Shown: positions 39,993 through 54,831, numbered from the stretch's first letter. The stretch: 64,000 nucleotides of DNA from Octopus vulgaris (GCA_951406725.2 OX597828.1:64976001-65040000), one strand, 5' to 3'. The notes: generated from the letters alone by a model not told the origin. Translations and numbers: made by a program.

Positions 39993-40965
39993 TAGATATA
40001 TATATAGATATAGATATATATAATGGAGGATGATAGGGATTAGAGAGATCCAGATTCATATGTTAGCTAATACTTTTGGCGATGAATCTAAGATTGTTCA
40101 TTGAAGATTATAGTAATCTATGTGGGTTAGGTGTGTGATGTTATATCTACAAACTGCAAATCGAAAGCTACGCACCAACTTATTGATATCTTAGTGCATT
40201 AATCACAATATAGAATAGGAAACAGGCGATAAATAAAGAATTACATACTGACATAATGTTACTCCCTTATGGGCTGTTCATACTCAGAATCGCTCTATTA
40301 ATTAATGGAACATTTTGCCACCTGTCATTCTCTTCAGTGCATCAAAATTTTATCGCTAGCTTTTTAGAATTTTCTACAATAACTTTACGGAAATAGAACT
40401 GTAGACAACAGCTGATTTATTATCTCCTTGCCTGATTCACAGTGCTAGAGATGTTGTCATCAAGTGTTAGAATATAGTTGTCAGTGAGACTATAAGTTAG
40501 AGAAGACAGTTGCTGTCTAACAGCTGTTTTTGCTGACCCGTCTGCAGTCGAAATGAATGTAAATTAACTGAAACAAGAGGGAAAGGGGCCGAGAGAGTGT
40601 CAACTGAGTGCAAAGTAAGTGTGTAAAATTTAGGTTAATAATTCGCATCATTATTTATTTTGAAAGATATGTTTATTAAAGTTAATTCGGTTAAAAAAAT
40701 ATTAAACTACATAACGTTAAGTGCAATATTTAAACATGGAAGACTTAAAATTGGTTAGGAAATGAATACATGGTCAATCTCTCATCAACTTCTTCAAGTA
40801 TCACTTGAAAAGGAAAGTGAGAGTAGAGAGGCTAGTGAGTGTTTAAAAAAAAGATGGGTGAATGTAGCAAGGATGGCACGTATGAATGAGGAAGCCACCT
40901 TGAGTATGATCTTGTGAACGGTAAAAAATTAATACAGAGAGTTACTTATTTGTAAAAAGAAAATG

Positions 40966-41290
40966 TAACATGTGACTTCATTGACCGAGGTTACCGTTGT
41001 CTTTTCCGTAGGCTTTTCTTTCCACGGGTAAACCTCACCTGTTTCCCCTTTACACTTTATATTGACATTTCTGTCATAACGATCCCTATTGATCGATTTT
41101 TTCTTTTTCCTTTTATTTTTATCTCCCCTCCCCTTTTTCTTTTTTTTTTTCTTTTGCTTTCCTCTTTCTTTCCTTTTACGATCCCTTTTGATCGAAAACC
41201 AACCCCCTCCTTTTTTATCCCCAAAAGAAAAGCTCTACCTTGTAATTTGTCCCGTCTGTGTGCAGCCCTGTGTGGCTAATAAAGAAACAT
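40966..41290 (+). mobile_element. Possible LINE 3' UTR fragment
   Basis: Pyrimidine-rich segment with repeated ACGATCCC..TTGATCG hairpin-like units, ending GCTAATAAAGAAA; no coding motif seen. Confidence 0.35.
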
Positions 41291-42187
41291 ATATACTTGA
41301 GAAAGGAAAAAAGAAGAGGAAGCTTTTCGGATGATATAACTTAGTCATTTACTTTATTTACACCCAGGTAAGTTCATGATTTAACACTGAGTAATTTAAA
41401 CGCCTCTAGCCAGAACAAGTTACAACTCCAACCGCGCCCAATATAAGAAAGAGTACTACCTGTAATAACTCCATGAAATAGGGTAGCCTATATTCTTTCA
41501 CTTGAACTTATATAATCTCAAATAAACGGCGTGTAGTTCTCTTTTATTTTGTATATGAAAAAGTGAATGTGATAATAGAATCTGGCTGGAATGTTGAGGT
41601 GGTTGAATCGCCAAAAGAGTTATAGACACATTCCCGACCGAGGAATTATAAATTATATTGTTCTTTAGGCATTAGCCACCTTGGGAGAAACAGCTTTTAC
41701 AATCAGAAGAGAATGACTGTTCTATTAATTAATTGATTGATTAACAGAAATTGATTGCAAACAACATAGTCATGTCAAAAGCACGGAAATGAATGGAGTT
41801 ATGCAAGAATGTAATTTTTCAATATCAGTTTGAGTGCACTATCTTTCGCTCTCTCTCACTTTCTATATATCTACATATATCTATCTATATATACACACAC
41901 ACTCACACATAGATTGATATATAGATATATATACATATACACACAAATGTGTGTATATATATGAGTGCATGCCCGTGTGCGTGAGTGACAGGCTTACACA
42001 CTCATTCTGTTGAGCAAAGTAATTTATAAAACACTCATCAAACAGAGGCTATCAGATTAGAGACATTTGCACAAGGTGCTGCCAAGTTTGAGTGAGCTCC
42101 AGTGAACGAGCATCTTAAAAAGCAAAGCCGCACATGCCTGCAAACTGCAAATAATATATGGAACACATCATACATAACTATATATAT

Positions 42188-42274
<87 letters not shown>

Positions 42275-42392
42275 ATATATATATAGTTAACCCAAACATG
42301 AAAACACAACAATGCGAGGACGTGGAAGAAGTATAGTATTATTGGACGCTCAGGAAAGAAGGAAGGAAGGAGGCTTTAACGTTTCGAGCGGA

Positions 42393-42616
42393 GCTGTAAA
42401 GATCTTAAAACATTTATAAATAAGGTCTTACAGGTGTTTCCAGGATATTTATTATATCCCTTCATCGGAGATGGTGTGAGAAGATGGTTAAGCAATACTT
42501 ATCTAATTAACTATTGCTTAACCATTCTCTCACACCGTCTCCGATGAAGTGATATAATAAATATCGTGGAAACAACTGTAAGACCATATTTATAAATGTT
42601 CTGAAATATTTACAGC
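42393..42616. repeat. 224 bp imperfect palindrome made of two inverted hammerhead-bearing units
   Basis: GCTGTAAA...GGTCTTACAG..TTCATCGGAGATGGTGTGAGA..GGTTAAGCAATA | TATTGCTTAACC..TCTCACACCGTCTCCGATGAA..CTGTAAGACC...TTTACAGC. Confidence 0.92.
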
Positions 42617-42803
42617 CTTAGTTTTTTTTTAAATCTCATTCTGTAAAAAATATTTTATGTATGCACATGCTGATATATGACCTACGTTGGACTCCTTTCT
42701 CTCGCATAATTACCGAACCTGGAACTTAACCATGGTCTATCCATAGCATTACTCAGCATTACTTGACCCCTTTGGGTCTTACTGACACCATTATTTCTCA
42801 CAA

Positions 42804-42847
<44 letters not shown>

Positions 42848-42882
42848 CATATATATATATGTATGTGCATAGATAGATAGAC

Positions 42883-42942
<60 letters not shown>

Positions 42943-43308
42943 GTACACATACATACATACATTTATACATACATACATACATACATATACATACATGCAT
43001 ACATACATACATACATACATACATACATACATACACATACATACATACATACATACATACATATGGTTACAGCAGAGAGCCGTTAGGGAATTTTAAAAAA
43101 GTTACGATATTTCGAGGACTATCATTCTTCTAAATTTAGGTAGTAGATAGTGTGTAGAGAATTAGCATGAAAGCATATAAAAAATCGAGAAAATGATAAA
43201 GGAAGAATCCTGACGATGTCGACCACATATGGTGGTTATCTTACAAGCCAATTCGCCTCGAATATGTACATAATTGTGCGTATGCGTGTATATAAATATA
43301 TATGTACA

Positions 43309-43349
<41 letters not shown>

Positions 43350-43677
43350 GCGCAAACTCACACGTACACACACGTACAAACACGCAAAAACACGCGCACA
43401 CACATACATACATACCAATACATATTTCTGTCTGGTAATTATGCAAATATTTTATTGATCAGTATTCGTTAAATTGAAAAATTATGTAATCCTGTTCATA
43501 GATGTAACACAACACGTTACTAGTCTTATACGGGTATGCATTAACACAGTCTCCTATCCAAGCACCACCCAATCAAAACGTCGCTAACGCACACACACAC
43601 TCACTCACTCACACACACAGTCACTCACACACACACATACACTCATACATACACACAGAGTCCCGGCATATATACAT

Positions 43678-43722
<45 letters not shown>

Positions 43723-43752
43723 AAGCCGGACACAGATATATAGGTAGCTAAT

Positions 43753-43836
<84 letters not shown>

Positions 43837-45246
43837 AAGAACATTAAATCTAGATACAATGTGCCTACACTTAAACCATTGTTTTAAAAAAATTCCTTTT
43901 TTTCCCCTCTCTTTTATGCCTTCCAATTATTTTAATTCACTTATCTATTTAATTTCTACAAGTTTAAACACGCTTATTTTATGCAACATCTATTTGAATT
44001 TTTTTTAATGTTAAATTTTCTTATAGTCACATTTTCTCTAATTATTTAATAATTCACTTAGATTACTGATCTGTGACTCCCTCCTCCACCCCACCTTGGT
44101 ATTCCTAAAATATTTCTTTAATACACGTCTGGCATATTTATAAAATTTACATCTACTCCGCCGTACATCTCTAGTTAGATTAAATTATAATAGTTTTGTT
44201 TTAAGCATTTAATAATTTTACACTTGTAAATACATGTATTTACTTAATTCTAAAATGTATGCACATACAAGTTTAATACTTCAAAGTTGTTTTACTTCGT
44301 GTTTAAATTATTCAAGTCAGCTGAATCATGTGATGGCCCATTTAGTTTATTTTAGTTAGCTCTCACAAAATGTTTATTAAGCAAAACTTTTTTTATATGT
44401 TTGGATATGGATACTAAAGGAGTATATATACACTTTCTGGAAAACTGTACATAATTTACTGCTCTTTTCTTTGAAACGTTTTTGACATTATTGAATATCA
44501 TATAAATACTAGTGGAAAATCCATGGAGAATACATGTTCAGTTTTATTAACTATTTATGGAAAGCTATATTTAAAGCAATTGTATAAATTATATTTTTCT
44601 CTTTATGATTTAACAAATAAAACCGAAATACAATTGTGTGTGTGTGTTTGTGTGTGTATGTGTCTGTGTGTGTGAGCATTTCCTAATCAGTTATTCAGTA
44701 AGGAAATCGATCAGACAGTAATTTAATAAGTTGCTGAAATATATGGAAATTATCTTAGCAGCTAATTGCCTGTGATGCGCTTGACAAAGGAACGGGCAAA
44801 CGAATAGAGAAAGAGAAGAAGAAGGAAATGGAGACACTTTGCTATTTATATTAGGAGATTACATAACTGCACATCTATAATATAAAACTTTTGATAGAAA
44901 TGAATTTATTTGGAATTCATGTTCAGGCACATCTTTTATATGCAAATAATTATAAACTCTACACTTTAATGTTGAGTACTTTATTAAATGGCAGTTCTCT
45001 TAATGTTTTTGATGAAGATCGAAAATGTCTGCGTATAGCATCACGTCTAGACAGTTAAGCCATATTTTTTAACATTTCAAGTTGTAAAACAGACCCCACA
45101 AAAAGTTCCAAAGCATCATTACCATTGATATTTTAATTTATATATGCAGAAAATTAGCCAGCTTATTAAAAAAGAAATAAGGAGAACGCCTCAATGCTTT
45201 AATTGATATGGCCATAATGATAGAAATGATAATGTTGGTCATGTTG

Positions 45247-45337
<91 letters not shown>

Positions 45338-45349
45338 CAACAACAACGG

Positions 45350-47031
45350 GAATGTAAGATCTGCTCTCAGGAAGTCAAGCAAATGGAAGTCTCGAGAAAA
45401 GGACAAAATTCTTGTTGATTGCCTTCCCAGAGAGTCATGAACTGCTAACAAAACTTTACAACAGTGTTTTGCAACAACCTAGTTCGATTCCCTCTTGGCT
45501 TCTTAATGGCGTTACATTTCTGCTTTCAAAAATTGAAGAAATAAATGAACCAAAATATTATTGACCCATAACCTGCTTAGCAACAATGTATGAAATAAGT
45601 AACTTGCTGTCTGGTAAATAGCTTGCTTACCAACCACACGGTTCCAGGTTCAGTCCCACTGCACACCACTTGGACATGTGTCTTCTACTATAGCCTGGGG
45701 CCGACCAAAGCCTTGTGAGTGGATTTGGTAGACGGAAACTGAAAAAATCCTGTCGTATATAGGCTACAGTAGAAGACACTTGTCCAAGGTGGTGCGTAGT
45801 GGGACTGAACCTGGAACCGTGTGGTTGGTTAGCAAGCTACTTACCACACAGCAAGCTACTTATTTTATATATTGTTTTGTTGTTAAGCAGGTTATGGGTC
45901 GATAATATTTTGGTGCTTACGTCCCCGTAACTATACAGTTCGGCAAAAGTGACGGCCAGAATAAGTACTAGGCTTACAAAGAATAAATCCTGGAATCGAT
46001 TTGTTCAGGCAAAAGCGCTGCTCCAGCATGGCCGCAGTCAAATGACTGAAACAAATAAAAGAATCTGTATTGACTGAGTACACTTGTAGTTTTTTAATAA
46101 AAAGTGATATTTTCCCTAATGAGCAAAAAGGATGTAAACGTGGGTCCTATGGTTGTAACGGTAATCTACTCATTAATAAGATGGTCTTGGAAGATTGTCA
46201 CAAACAACACAAGAACTTGTCGATAGCCTGGATAGACTATAAAAAGGTTTTTGATAGTCTACCACATAGCTGGATTAAGAAATGTCTGGAAATTTATAAA
46301 ATGGTAATACTCTGCGAAACTTCTTGTCTGTAAGTATGAGATCATGGACAACCACCCTGACTTTGAACAGTGACGATGAATCTCTGAATGCTGGAGATGT
46401 AACAATTTCATATGGCATTTTCCAGGGTGAATACGTCTCACGAAATTGCTCGAGGATGTACAATATGACTATAAAATGTTTGGTAAAAATATAGATCATC
46501 TCATTTACATGGATGATTTAAAGCTCTTTGGAAAAAATAATTAACAACTATAGGGATTACTAGCGATTGTTAAACAATTCAGTGATGACATCAGGATGCA
46601 ATTTGGCCTCGGTAAAAGTGCAAAAGCTACCTTTATCAAAGGCAAAATGACAGAAACATCAAACGTTAATCTTGATCTGAAGAATGTCATAAAGGAGTTA
46701 GAACAAGCAGAGAGCTACATATACCTTTGGAGTATTTGAAGGTGATGGAATCAAATATTTAATGATGAGGGAAAGGATCAGAAGAGAATCTTATCAAGAC
46801 AGAGCTGAATAAAAGAAACAGGATCGAAGTGATCAATACGCTAACCATACCAGTCGTGACATACAGTTTCAATATCATTAACTGGTCAATTACTGAAATA
46901 TGTAATCTTGACAGAAAAGTACGAAAACTGTTGACAATGCATAGTATGCACCACCCTAAGGCAGATATAGAACGACTTTACCTGCCAAGAAAAGAGGGTT
47001 GCCATGGACTTGTACAACTGGAATTAACAAT
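45350..47031 (+). mobile_element. R4/Dong-like non-LTR retrotransposon RT region, degenerate, SINE-interrupted
   Basis: PITCLATMY / EQKGCKRGSYGC / AWIDYKKVFDSLPHSWI / GIFQG / HLIYMDDLKLFG / RLYLPRKEG.GL; flanked by (AAT)n and (ATT)n. Confidence 0.9.
45606..46063 (+). mobile_element. CORE-like SINE inserted in the R4-like RT, containing an inverted local duplication
   Basis: Head at 45606-45760 and tail at 45915-46063; 45760-45913 is the reverse complement of 45550-45696. Confidence 0.88.
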
Positions 47032-47119
47032 GAATTCTTCCGCAGTTAGCCAAATAATAATATTAATTATTATTGTTGTTATCATTATTATTATTATTAT
47101 TGTTGTTGTTATTATTATG

Positions 47120-47185
<66 letters not shown>

Positions 47186-47519
47186 TTCTTGTTGCTGTTG
47201 TTATTAATATTATTGTTATTTACGATGACGACATTAATGAAAATGATGATAATGATTTCAATTATAATAAATTGAAATTTAAACTTAATTGAATGCCACC
47301 ATCATGCCCTTCACCCAACAACACTGAGGATGATCTTTTCACATTTAATTAGGGAATTATCATTGCAAAAATAATTAAGACTTTTCACCATCTTGGAGTA
47401 ATAAATGCTACAAGACTTTTGCAATTCCCAAATTGTTCAGGTGTGTTCTGATAAAATGGAGACTAACATATAAAGCAAGAATTTGTACAATATTCTGATT
47501 AGAAATAACCTAACAATTT

Positions 47520-47810
47520 CCTGCAGTAAATAGAACGCTGCTTCGTTAGACAAGGGCCAAACAACGAAGATTTCTTATTCATGCGATGAGGAAAGAGGGC
47601 CTGGAAAATTTAGCGGGGACTGAAATAATAGAAGGGAAAAGAAACAGAGGAAGGAGAAGGATGATCTGGATGTGAACTTCGACAAATTGGTTGAAAGAGA
47701 GAAGCATTAAGCATCAAGAAGTGGAATTATGACAGAAAACGAAGAACAGAGAATTGTGGCAGGACATGATTGACTATATCCTACATTCTGGACATGGCAC
47801 CTAAAGAAAG
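47520..47810 (+). mobile_element. RTE-type LINE 3' end
   Basis: QRRFLIHAMRKEGLENL..IIEGKRNRGRRRMIW...RELWQDMI..GHGT* followed by an AAAG tail. Confidence 0.75.
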
Positions 47811-48769
47811 AATTTGTGTAAGAAGAATCGCCGGTAGTCTCTAAAAGAAATTTATACCGCAGGATTAAAAATATCTTCAACGCACTTTATAGAACTGAAC
47901 ATGGTAACTACAGACGCCTATGGATTTGTCTGATCGGACACACAGCAGATGTCAAATGAATTCAACTTATTAGGAGACTGAATCCAACTAAATCGGATGT
48001 GTGGGGAATTAATAAGAGAATCTTAGAAAATTGTTTTGTTCGGAAACTAGACGAATATTGTCGGCCAGGTCTATTGATTGTTATGTTACAAGTATTAAAT
48101 TGAACCTCCGGGATAATTGATAAGGTTACTTATGAAGTTTCGACAATTACACAAGATAACCCCTACTAACTATTCTTCTATTACAACTCTACCAGAAAAG
48201 AAGAAAGAGTTTTCTAGAACTGTAAACAGCATAGATTTAGAATTAGAATTAGAAGCCAGTAAAGTAACTATCAAATACTCCCAGTTACTAGCAGTAACAA
48301 AATTCTTTTGATGCCAATATATGAGTTCCAGGTTATTGATGTTCTTAAAGAATACAATTCTACGTTTCAAGGTGGATTATATCGAGACTCTAGATTAACA
48401 ATATTCAATACACGCAATCCACATACTATGATAGTATTAATGTAAAGCTCAACATCTTCAAAATCTTAGGCTTAAGTAGAACTTTAGATACAATATCAAA
48501 ACAGTCACCTCTCTCGATGTTACCTCGAATTTATATAATAGAGTACAATACCCATACAAATAAGATTCTTTAATCTATGTAAACCAAATGTTTACTCTTC
48601 GCTCTTCTTTGGAGGTTGTTGAATTCTCGAAATTTTGAAACGAAGTTTTTGAATAAGCCGAGATACTTAGAGCTGTTTACTCTACCCACACCTTGAATAG
48701 TTTCATATTCGCTACTCTCATATTCTTAATGATATTTGTTTGTTTAAGCAAATGATTAAACTAAAACTC

Positions 48770-48836
<67 letters not shown>

Positions 48837-50949
48837 CATATACATATATGTCTCTCACAAGAGACACAGTGTTCGACTAATAGTTTGGTAGGTATGGTAA
48901 AACGACCTATTCCAAATATGATATAGACTACAGTATGTTTGCATTCACCTTCTCAGCATGAAAACCCGTCAATCTATCACGATTTCATTGTTACTCTCAA
49001 CTACCTACTTTGATACTACTAAATAAGTCAAGTCACAACCAGCAGGCTGTTGGTAGAGTACCGACATTGAAATGGATATCCACCCCTATTTAAGACTCTT
49101 CAAAACTCTTCAAACTTGGAAGCCAATTATGCATGATGGTTGATACTGAATATTCAAATGTCAATGATTTTGAGTTTCTTTCAGATCGTTGTTCTTTTGT
49201 CGAGATCCCTATTGTGAATCCTTGTTTCTACTATACGATTATTCTCACTTTTTCTCCCTATCATTTAGTGCTTAATGACCATCTTTTCTCTCTTGTTTTC
49301 TTCAAGTAAGGCATACTTTCTCTTTATTTTAATGTTTGCTTTCACATCTTCCAATTACCATATTTTCTTCACAGTAGCACTCCCACATCCTGTTTTCTCC
49401 GATCCCTGCCACAGAAATGATTCTTTTGTTCACCATCTATATTCTTTTGGTTTATTATCTCGGCGTTTTTTCTTTTTTATTCGAGTACCTTTCTACTTTT
49501 CTCTCATACTGCATCTCTCATTATATCATAATATATATGAAAATACCAGTAAGTTAGTTTCTTTTTTTCTGATGAAATATGATTGTTAAAGAACAAAGCC
49601 AAGTTGTAAGGAAACGTGGAGTGTGCATGTGTATGTCTGTATGTGTGCATGTGTGCATATCTGCATGTGTACCTGTGTCTGTGCGGGCTTACATGTCCAT
49701 GTATGTGTGTACATGTGGATATGTGTGCATGTTTTTCACATGAATCATTCCATATTATCTTTGGCCAACTTACAGATGAACCTAATTCAAGTTAGTTGTT
49801 TATTTATTTAAAATATTCTTAAATACGATATTGCATACAAAAAACAATGTTTCTAGAATGTCATTTTAAATGGAATTCACGCATATTTATTTATCTTTAC
49901 CGTAGTTTTATAATTTCTAAGGTGTGTATTTATTTTATACTTTCTAATACATGTACTTTTTTAATACTTTGTAATGCAAATATTCCTGTGTTTTACAAGT
50001 AACGTCTTCCTTACAAAACATAGGTGTTTTTAAAAAATTTCATTAGATTCCATGTGTTTAGTTTATGGGTCAAACTGTAACAACACCATGATTCACTCAG
50101 GCTGATTAAAAGGAGATGGAAGAAAAACAAGAGCATCTTGCAGAAATATTTAAAAACCTTAATATATCTGTTAACTCTTATGATATGTCTAATGAAGCAA
50201 CCAAACAATCAGTGATTATAGAATTTTTCTTTCATAAATTTTCGACGTGTTTCATTTGCATATGTATGTTTCACTAAGTTTTAAATTGACTGAATATTTT
50301 CAATTCCAGAAATAACAAATAAATCATTTGCTCTCATACATTTGTTTGTTTGTTTGTTTGTTTCTTTTTTTTTCCTTTCTTTCTTTCTTATACAATTGGA
50401 GGCGTTCAGCACAGAATGCTTAAAGTAGGTCTGTCTTTCTTGTTGCGCGCATAAACACGATTAGTGGAGCTTTGACGGAAAAAACACTTACCTGCACCAC
50501 CTTATACGAACCTAATTCTGAGAGAGAGAGGAGGGAGAGGGAAGCAGAGAGCGAGGAGAGAGGTACAGATAAACAGAGACACGGAAACGTAGAGAGTAAA
50601 CGACGACAGTACTTCGCAAGAAGTGTTTCAAGACACTGTAAGCCTTAATGGGGTTTAATATCCGAGTGCAGAGAACCGGAATAAATATTGTAAGGTATTC
50701 TATTCGCTTATCTTTCGAGCATTAATAAACAAGAGAACAGTTAAAAGAGTTACTTTACTATAGAAGAGAACAGTTACTTAATGAAGGAACAGTTGCCTAA
50801 CTTTTCAGTCAGCCGACTAAACATGAACAAATGTTTCACATCGAAACTCCTTTCTGTCTTACAATAACCAGCTGTTACTTTTAGTTGAAGTATTAATATC
50901 AAAAGATGTTTCAGAATATCTGTATAAAAGTCAAGATAATAGTTATGAT

Positions 50950-51350
50950 TTTCTTTTCTACTCTAGGCATAAGGCCCGAAACTTTCGGGGAGGGAACCAG
51001 TCGATTAGATGAACCCCAGTAAGCAACTGGTACATAATTTATCGGCCCCGAAAGGATGAAAGGCAAAGTCGACCTCGGCAGAATTTGAACTTAGAACGTA
51101 AAGACAGACGAAATACTTATTCATTTACTACCTACAAGGAGCTAAACACAGAGGGGACAAACAAGGACATACAAATGGATTAAGTCGATTACATCGACTC
51201 CAGTGCGTAACTGGTACTTAATCTATCGACCCCGAAGGGATGAAAGACAAAGTCGACCTCGGCGGAATTTGAACTCAGAACGCAACGGCAGACGAAATAC
51301 CGCTAAGCATTTCTCCCGACGTGCTAACGTTTCTGCCAGCTCGCCGCCTT
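50950..51350 (-). mobile_element. Tandem pair of Nin-domain SINEs
   Basis: Two successive CGACCCCGAA.GGATGAAAG.CAAAGTCGACCTCGGC blocks; same arrangement as 6320-6700. Confidence 0.88.
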
Positions 51351-51385
51351 ATAACAGTTATAATATTGAATAGAAAATTGTGTCT

Positions 51386-51417
<32 letters not shown>

Positions 51418-52024
51418 TGTATGTATGTATGTATGTATGTATGTATGTATGTATGTATGTATGTATGTCTGTGTGTCTGTATGTATGTATGTATGTATGT
51501 ATGTATGTATGTATGTATGTATGTATTTATGTATGTATGTATGTATGTATGTGTGTGTGTCTGTCTGTATGTATGTATGTATTCGTGCACACACATATCA
51601 CTGTGTGTGTTAGCTTAGAAAATGAAAGAGAATAGAAAATCTTAGCATTCGACTCCTCAGTCAGATGTATGGCTGCCTTCATATTTTCTCATGTGTATTA
51701 GACAAAAGCTTTCAGTAAAACATAACGTATTTGAGCATCTACATATGCATATGAGTCTCTGTGTGATTGTAAGTGTACGTTTCGGTTCTGTGCATCTGAA
51801 CACAGGGTGTCTCAGTTTTCATTCCATCTATAATTGATTCGTGTTGCTAATCCATCAGATAAATTTTATATAGTACAGATGCGTCTTTCTTACAAGGTAT
51901 AAGGTGTATGTATTGGAAATATGTTCCATGCCGCCATGGTCACCAAAGCGGTACATTCATAGATCTTGAGATGTGAGCCATCCACTAATGATTAACATAT
52001 AGGCGAGAAAACAGTATCAACAGA

Positions 52025-52070
<46 letters not shown>

Positions 52071-52117
52071 ATATATATATAAATGTATATATATATATGT
52101 ATATATATATATGTATA

Positions 52118-52172
<55 letters not shown>

Positions 52173-53611
52173 CGTTCAGAGATTTATTAATGCTTATATA
52201 TTTATATATTCGTAAGGATGTGTGAGTATGCATGTACTTGCATTTGTGTGCTTCACTGCTTCACAGCATGGTGCACTAGCATGGCTGCAGTCTAGGGACT
52301 AAAGCAGAAAATTACCAGTATATAAATAATTATGAGTGTATATGCACATTTGTAAAAAAAAAAAAAAAACATTTGGAACAGAGACAAAAGTTCTACGTAA
52401 TAAGTAATTAGTTAATTATAGATTAACAGCGGTACAGCAATGTTTTAATATATTGCACATGTGAGAGATCACGCATCACTAATCATCGCCAGAATTTCTA
52501 CGAGTGCTAATCTCTAATTGCAGCCTTAAGCCACGAATTTCTGACTTTTGTTGTGCATAATTTCCTTCATCTCAACTATATTTCCCCTGTAGGCTTAGAA
52601 AGGAAGGATATCAATTGATAAGAATCTATATGAAACGAGTTTTGTTAAAGTTGTCTCACACGTACATGTTTACTGCCGGCAGTGAACTTGTGAAGATAAT
52701 GTGCGACTAAATTACCAACTTTATCGTATTTTTCAAAGATGAGTTGGTACTTGAGCCCATGGAGGGAGCCTCCTCAGTTCTGATTTAAATTTTTACATTC
52801 GATGTATTCGATTTCATCTCTGAATATGGTACTATGACTTTATTGAGGTGAATCACATTGATGCCTATACTTAATAACCATATTGATTAGTGTATTTATG
52901 CTAGCTAAGATTTAAATACCTGTCTCGCAATACTGGGGTTTAGAAGCGAAATGAGCCACTGTCACCCATTTGGCAAATTCATAAATGTAAGCGGATCAGT
53001 AAATGTACAAAAGTTCTCCAAGTTTATGCGTTGAGCTAATTTAACGAACACTGCTTCTCAACCTAGAATTGAAAAGGAATAATTGGCATTCTTATACACC
53101 ACAGTGAGAGAGATAATGTAGTTGACAGAATGAGATAACGTATAATTTAAGCGTCTGATTGACGTATGACATAAAAATTATATGCTACATATGGCGATAT
53201 CCTGAAAAAGGGCGTGATTATAATTCGTTTAAATATACACTCGATACCTAACTGAGAACATTATGTGGATTTTGGATGTATAACAGGTAAAGTTTATCAT
53301 CATAAGTGTCATAAAGTAGCAGCTTTCGAGAAAGATATTAATTAATGGCACTAGACCAAATTTACCAAATTTACCACACAGTGAGTATTGTTTCGGCATA
53401 TTCTGGGCCACTGTTAATCAATTCAAAGCCAATAACCTCTTTGACAGGTATCTAATAACGTTGGTTATCTTATTATCAACCCAACAGACTAAATGGAAAA
53501 CTGACTCAAGATTAGAACTTTAAAAATGATTAGTGTTTTCTGATTCTATTACACTATTCGTAATACATAGGATGTAGAGCTAGCAAATTGCAGAATGTTT
53601 TGTATACATAG

Positions 53612-53965
53612 GTGCAGCCGTGGCTATGTGGTAAGCAGCTTGCTTCCCAACCATATGTACCTTGGGCAAGTGTTATCTACTATGGCTTCGGGACGAGGAA
53701 AGCCTTGTGGGTGGATTTGGTAGAGGGAAACTGAAAAGAAGCCCGTCGACTACATATATGTGTTTCTGTGTGTGTGTATGTGTGTATGTGTGTGTATGTG
53801 AGTTTATGTCCCTGTAGCAGTTCGGTAAGAAGGAGCTGATAGAATAAGTGCTAGGCTTTAAAAAAATAAGTACTGGGGTCGATTTGTTCGACTAAAACCC
53901 TTCGAGGCGGTGCTCCAGCATGACCGCAGTAAAACGACTGAAGCAAGTAAAAGTAGAAGAATAAA
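53612..53965 (+). mobile_element. CORE-like SINE
   Basis: CCTTGGGCAAGTGT core; GGCGGTGCTCCAGCATGACCGCAG..GACTGAAGCAAGTAAAAG tail. Confidence 0.85.
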
Positions 53966-54831
53966 ATAATTTACAAAATGTATGCTTAAAATACTGAAAT
54001 CACATCCATACAGTCGTTTTATATCTCATTTTCAACCACTGTTATTTCAGTTAACTTCGGAGATCTAGAACAAAAGGTAAGATGCAGAAATCAATGAACA
54101 TCAAGATCTGGTTGAGATGCTCTATAAAACAAGTTTAATTTACTTATTCTCTGTGAGTGAATAATGTAAGTCAAAATAGGCGTTATCAATAATCCAGTGT
54201 TTACACTATTATTTATATATTTTCACAGCGAGAATTTGTCATGTGTCAAGAGAAATAAATTTTTTGTTGAGATTTGAGCGTGTGCCATCACTTACAAGTG
54301 ATGCAGTAGTAATAATCTGAATTTATAAGTTCGTTTGAATGTCAAGGCCATTTCACTTCCAGCATTTGTTTGTTTCCAAGAAGCATCCAATTTAACAAGC
54401 AGCATCCAATTTAACACAATCCTACAAATGTAGTATATTTATGCACGTGGAAAAGAAGCAAAAACAACAAAATAACCACTTTGATAGACGTTAATTTTTA
54501 ACTTTTCTGACGTTGTTAAGATCTGCAAAGATGTAATGCAACTGATTTGCTGTTAATTTTAATGAGTTGAACTACGATAAGAGTTATTAGCGCTTATCAA
54601 GTATTTCCCAGAATAATTTAAACTTGAGTATTATTGCAGCTATTCTGACTATAGTTGCTTGACATTTATATTAAATAAAGCATCGCTGATTGGATTCAAA
54701 TTAGCAACATATATTGAATGAAGAATATTTGCGAGCATTGTTACGGTTAAAATCTGATAACGGATCCTAAATGAAAACATGTATCTGTGTTTGACTGTGT
54801 CTGTACGCATTAGGATGGGAAAATCAATGAA

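Noticed and set aside
48190-48760. Very old CR1-like remnants (FFSGRVV here; similar hints near 20200, 26900, 49100, 56600)
   Set aside because: Too degenerate to delimit or classify by eye.
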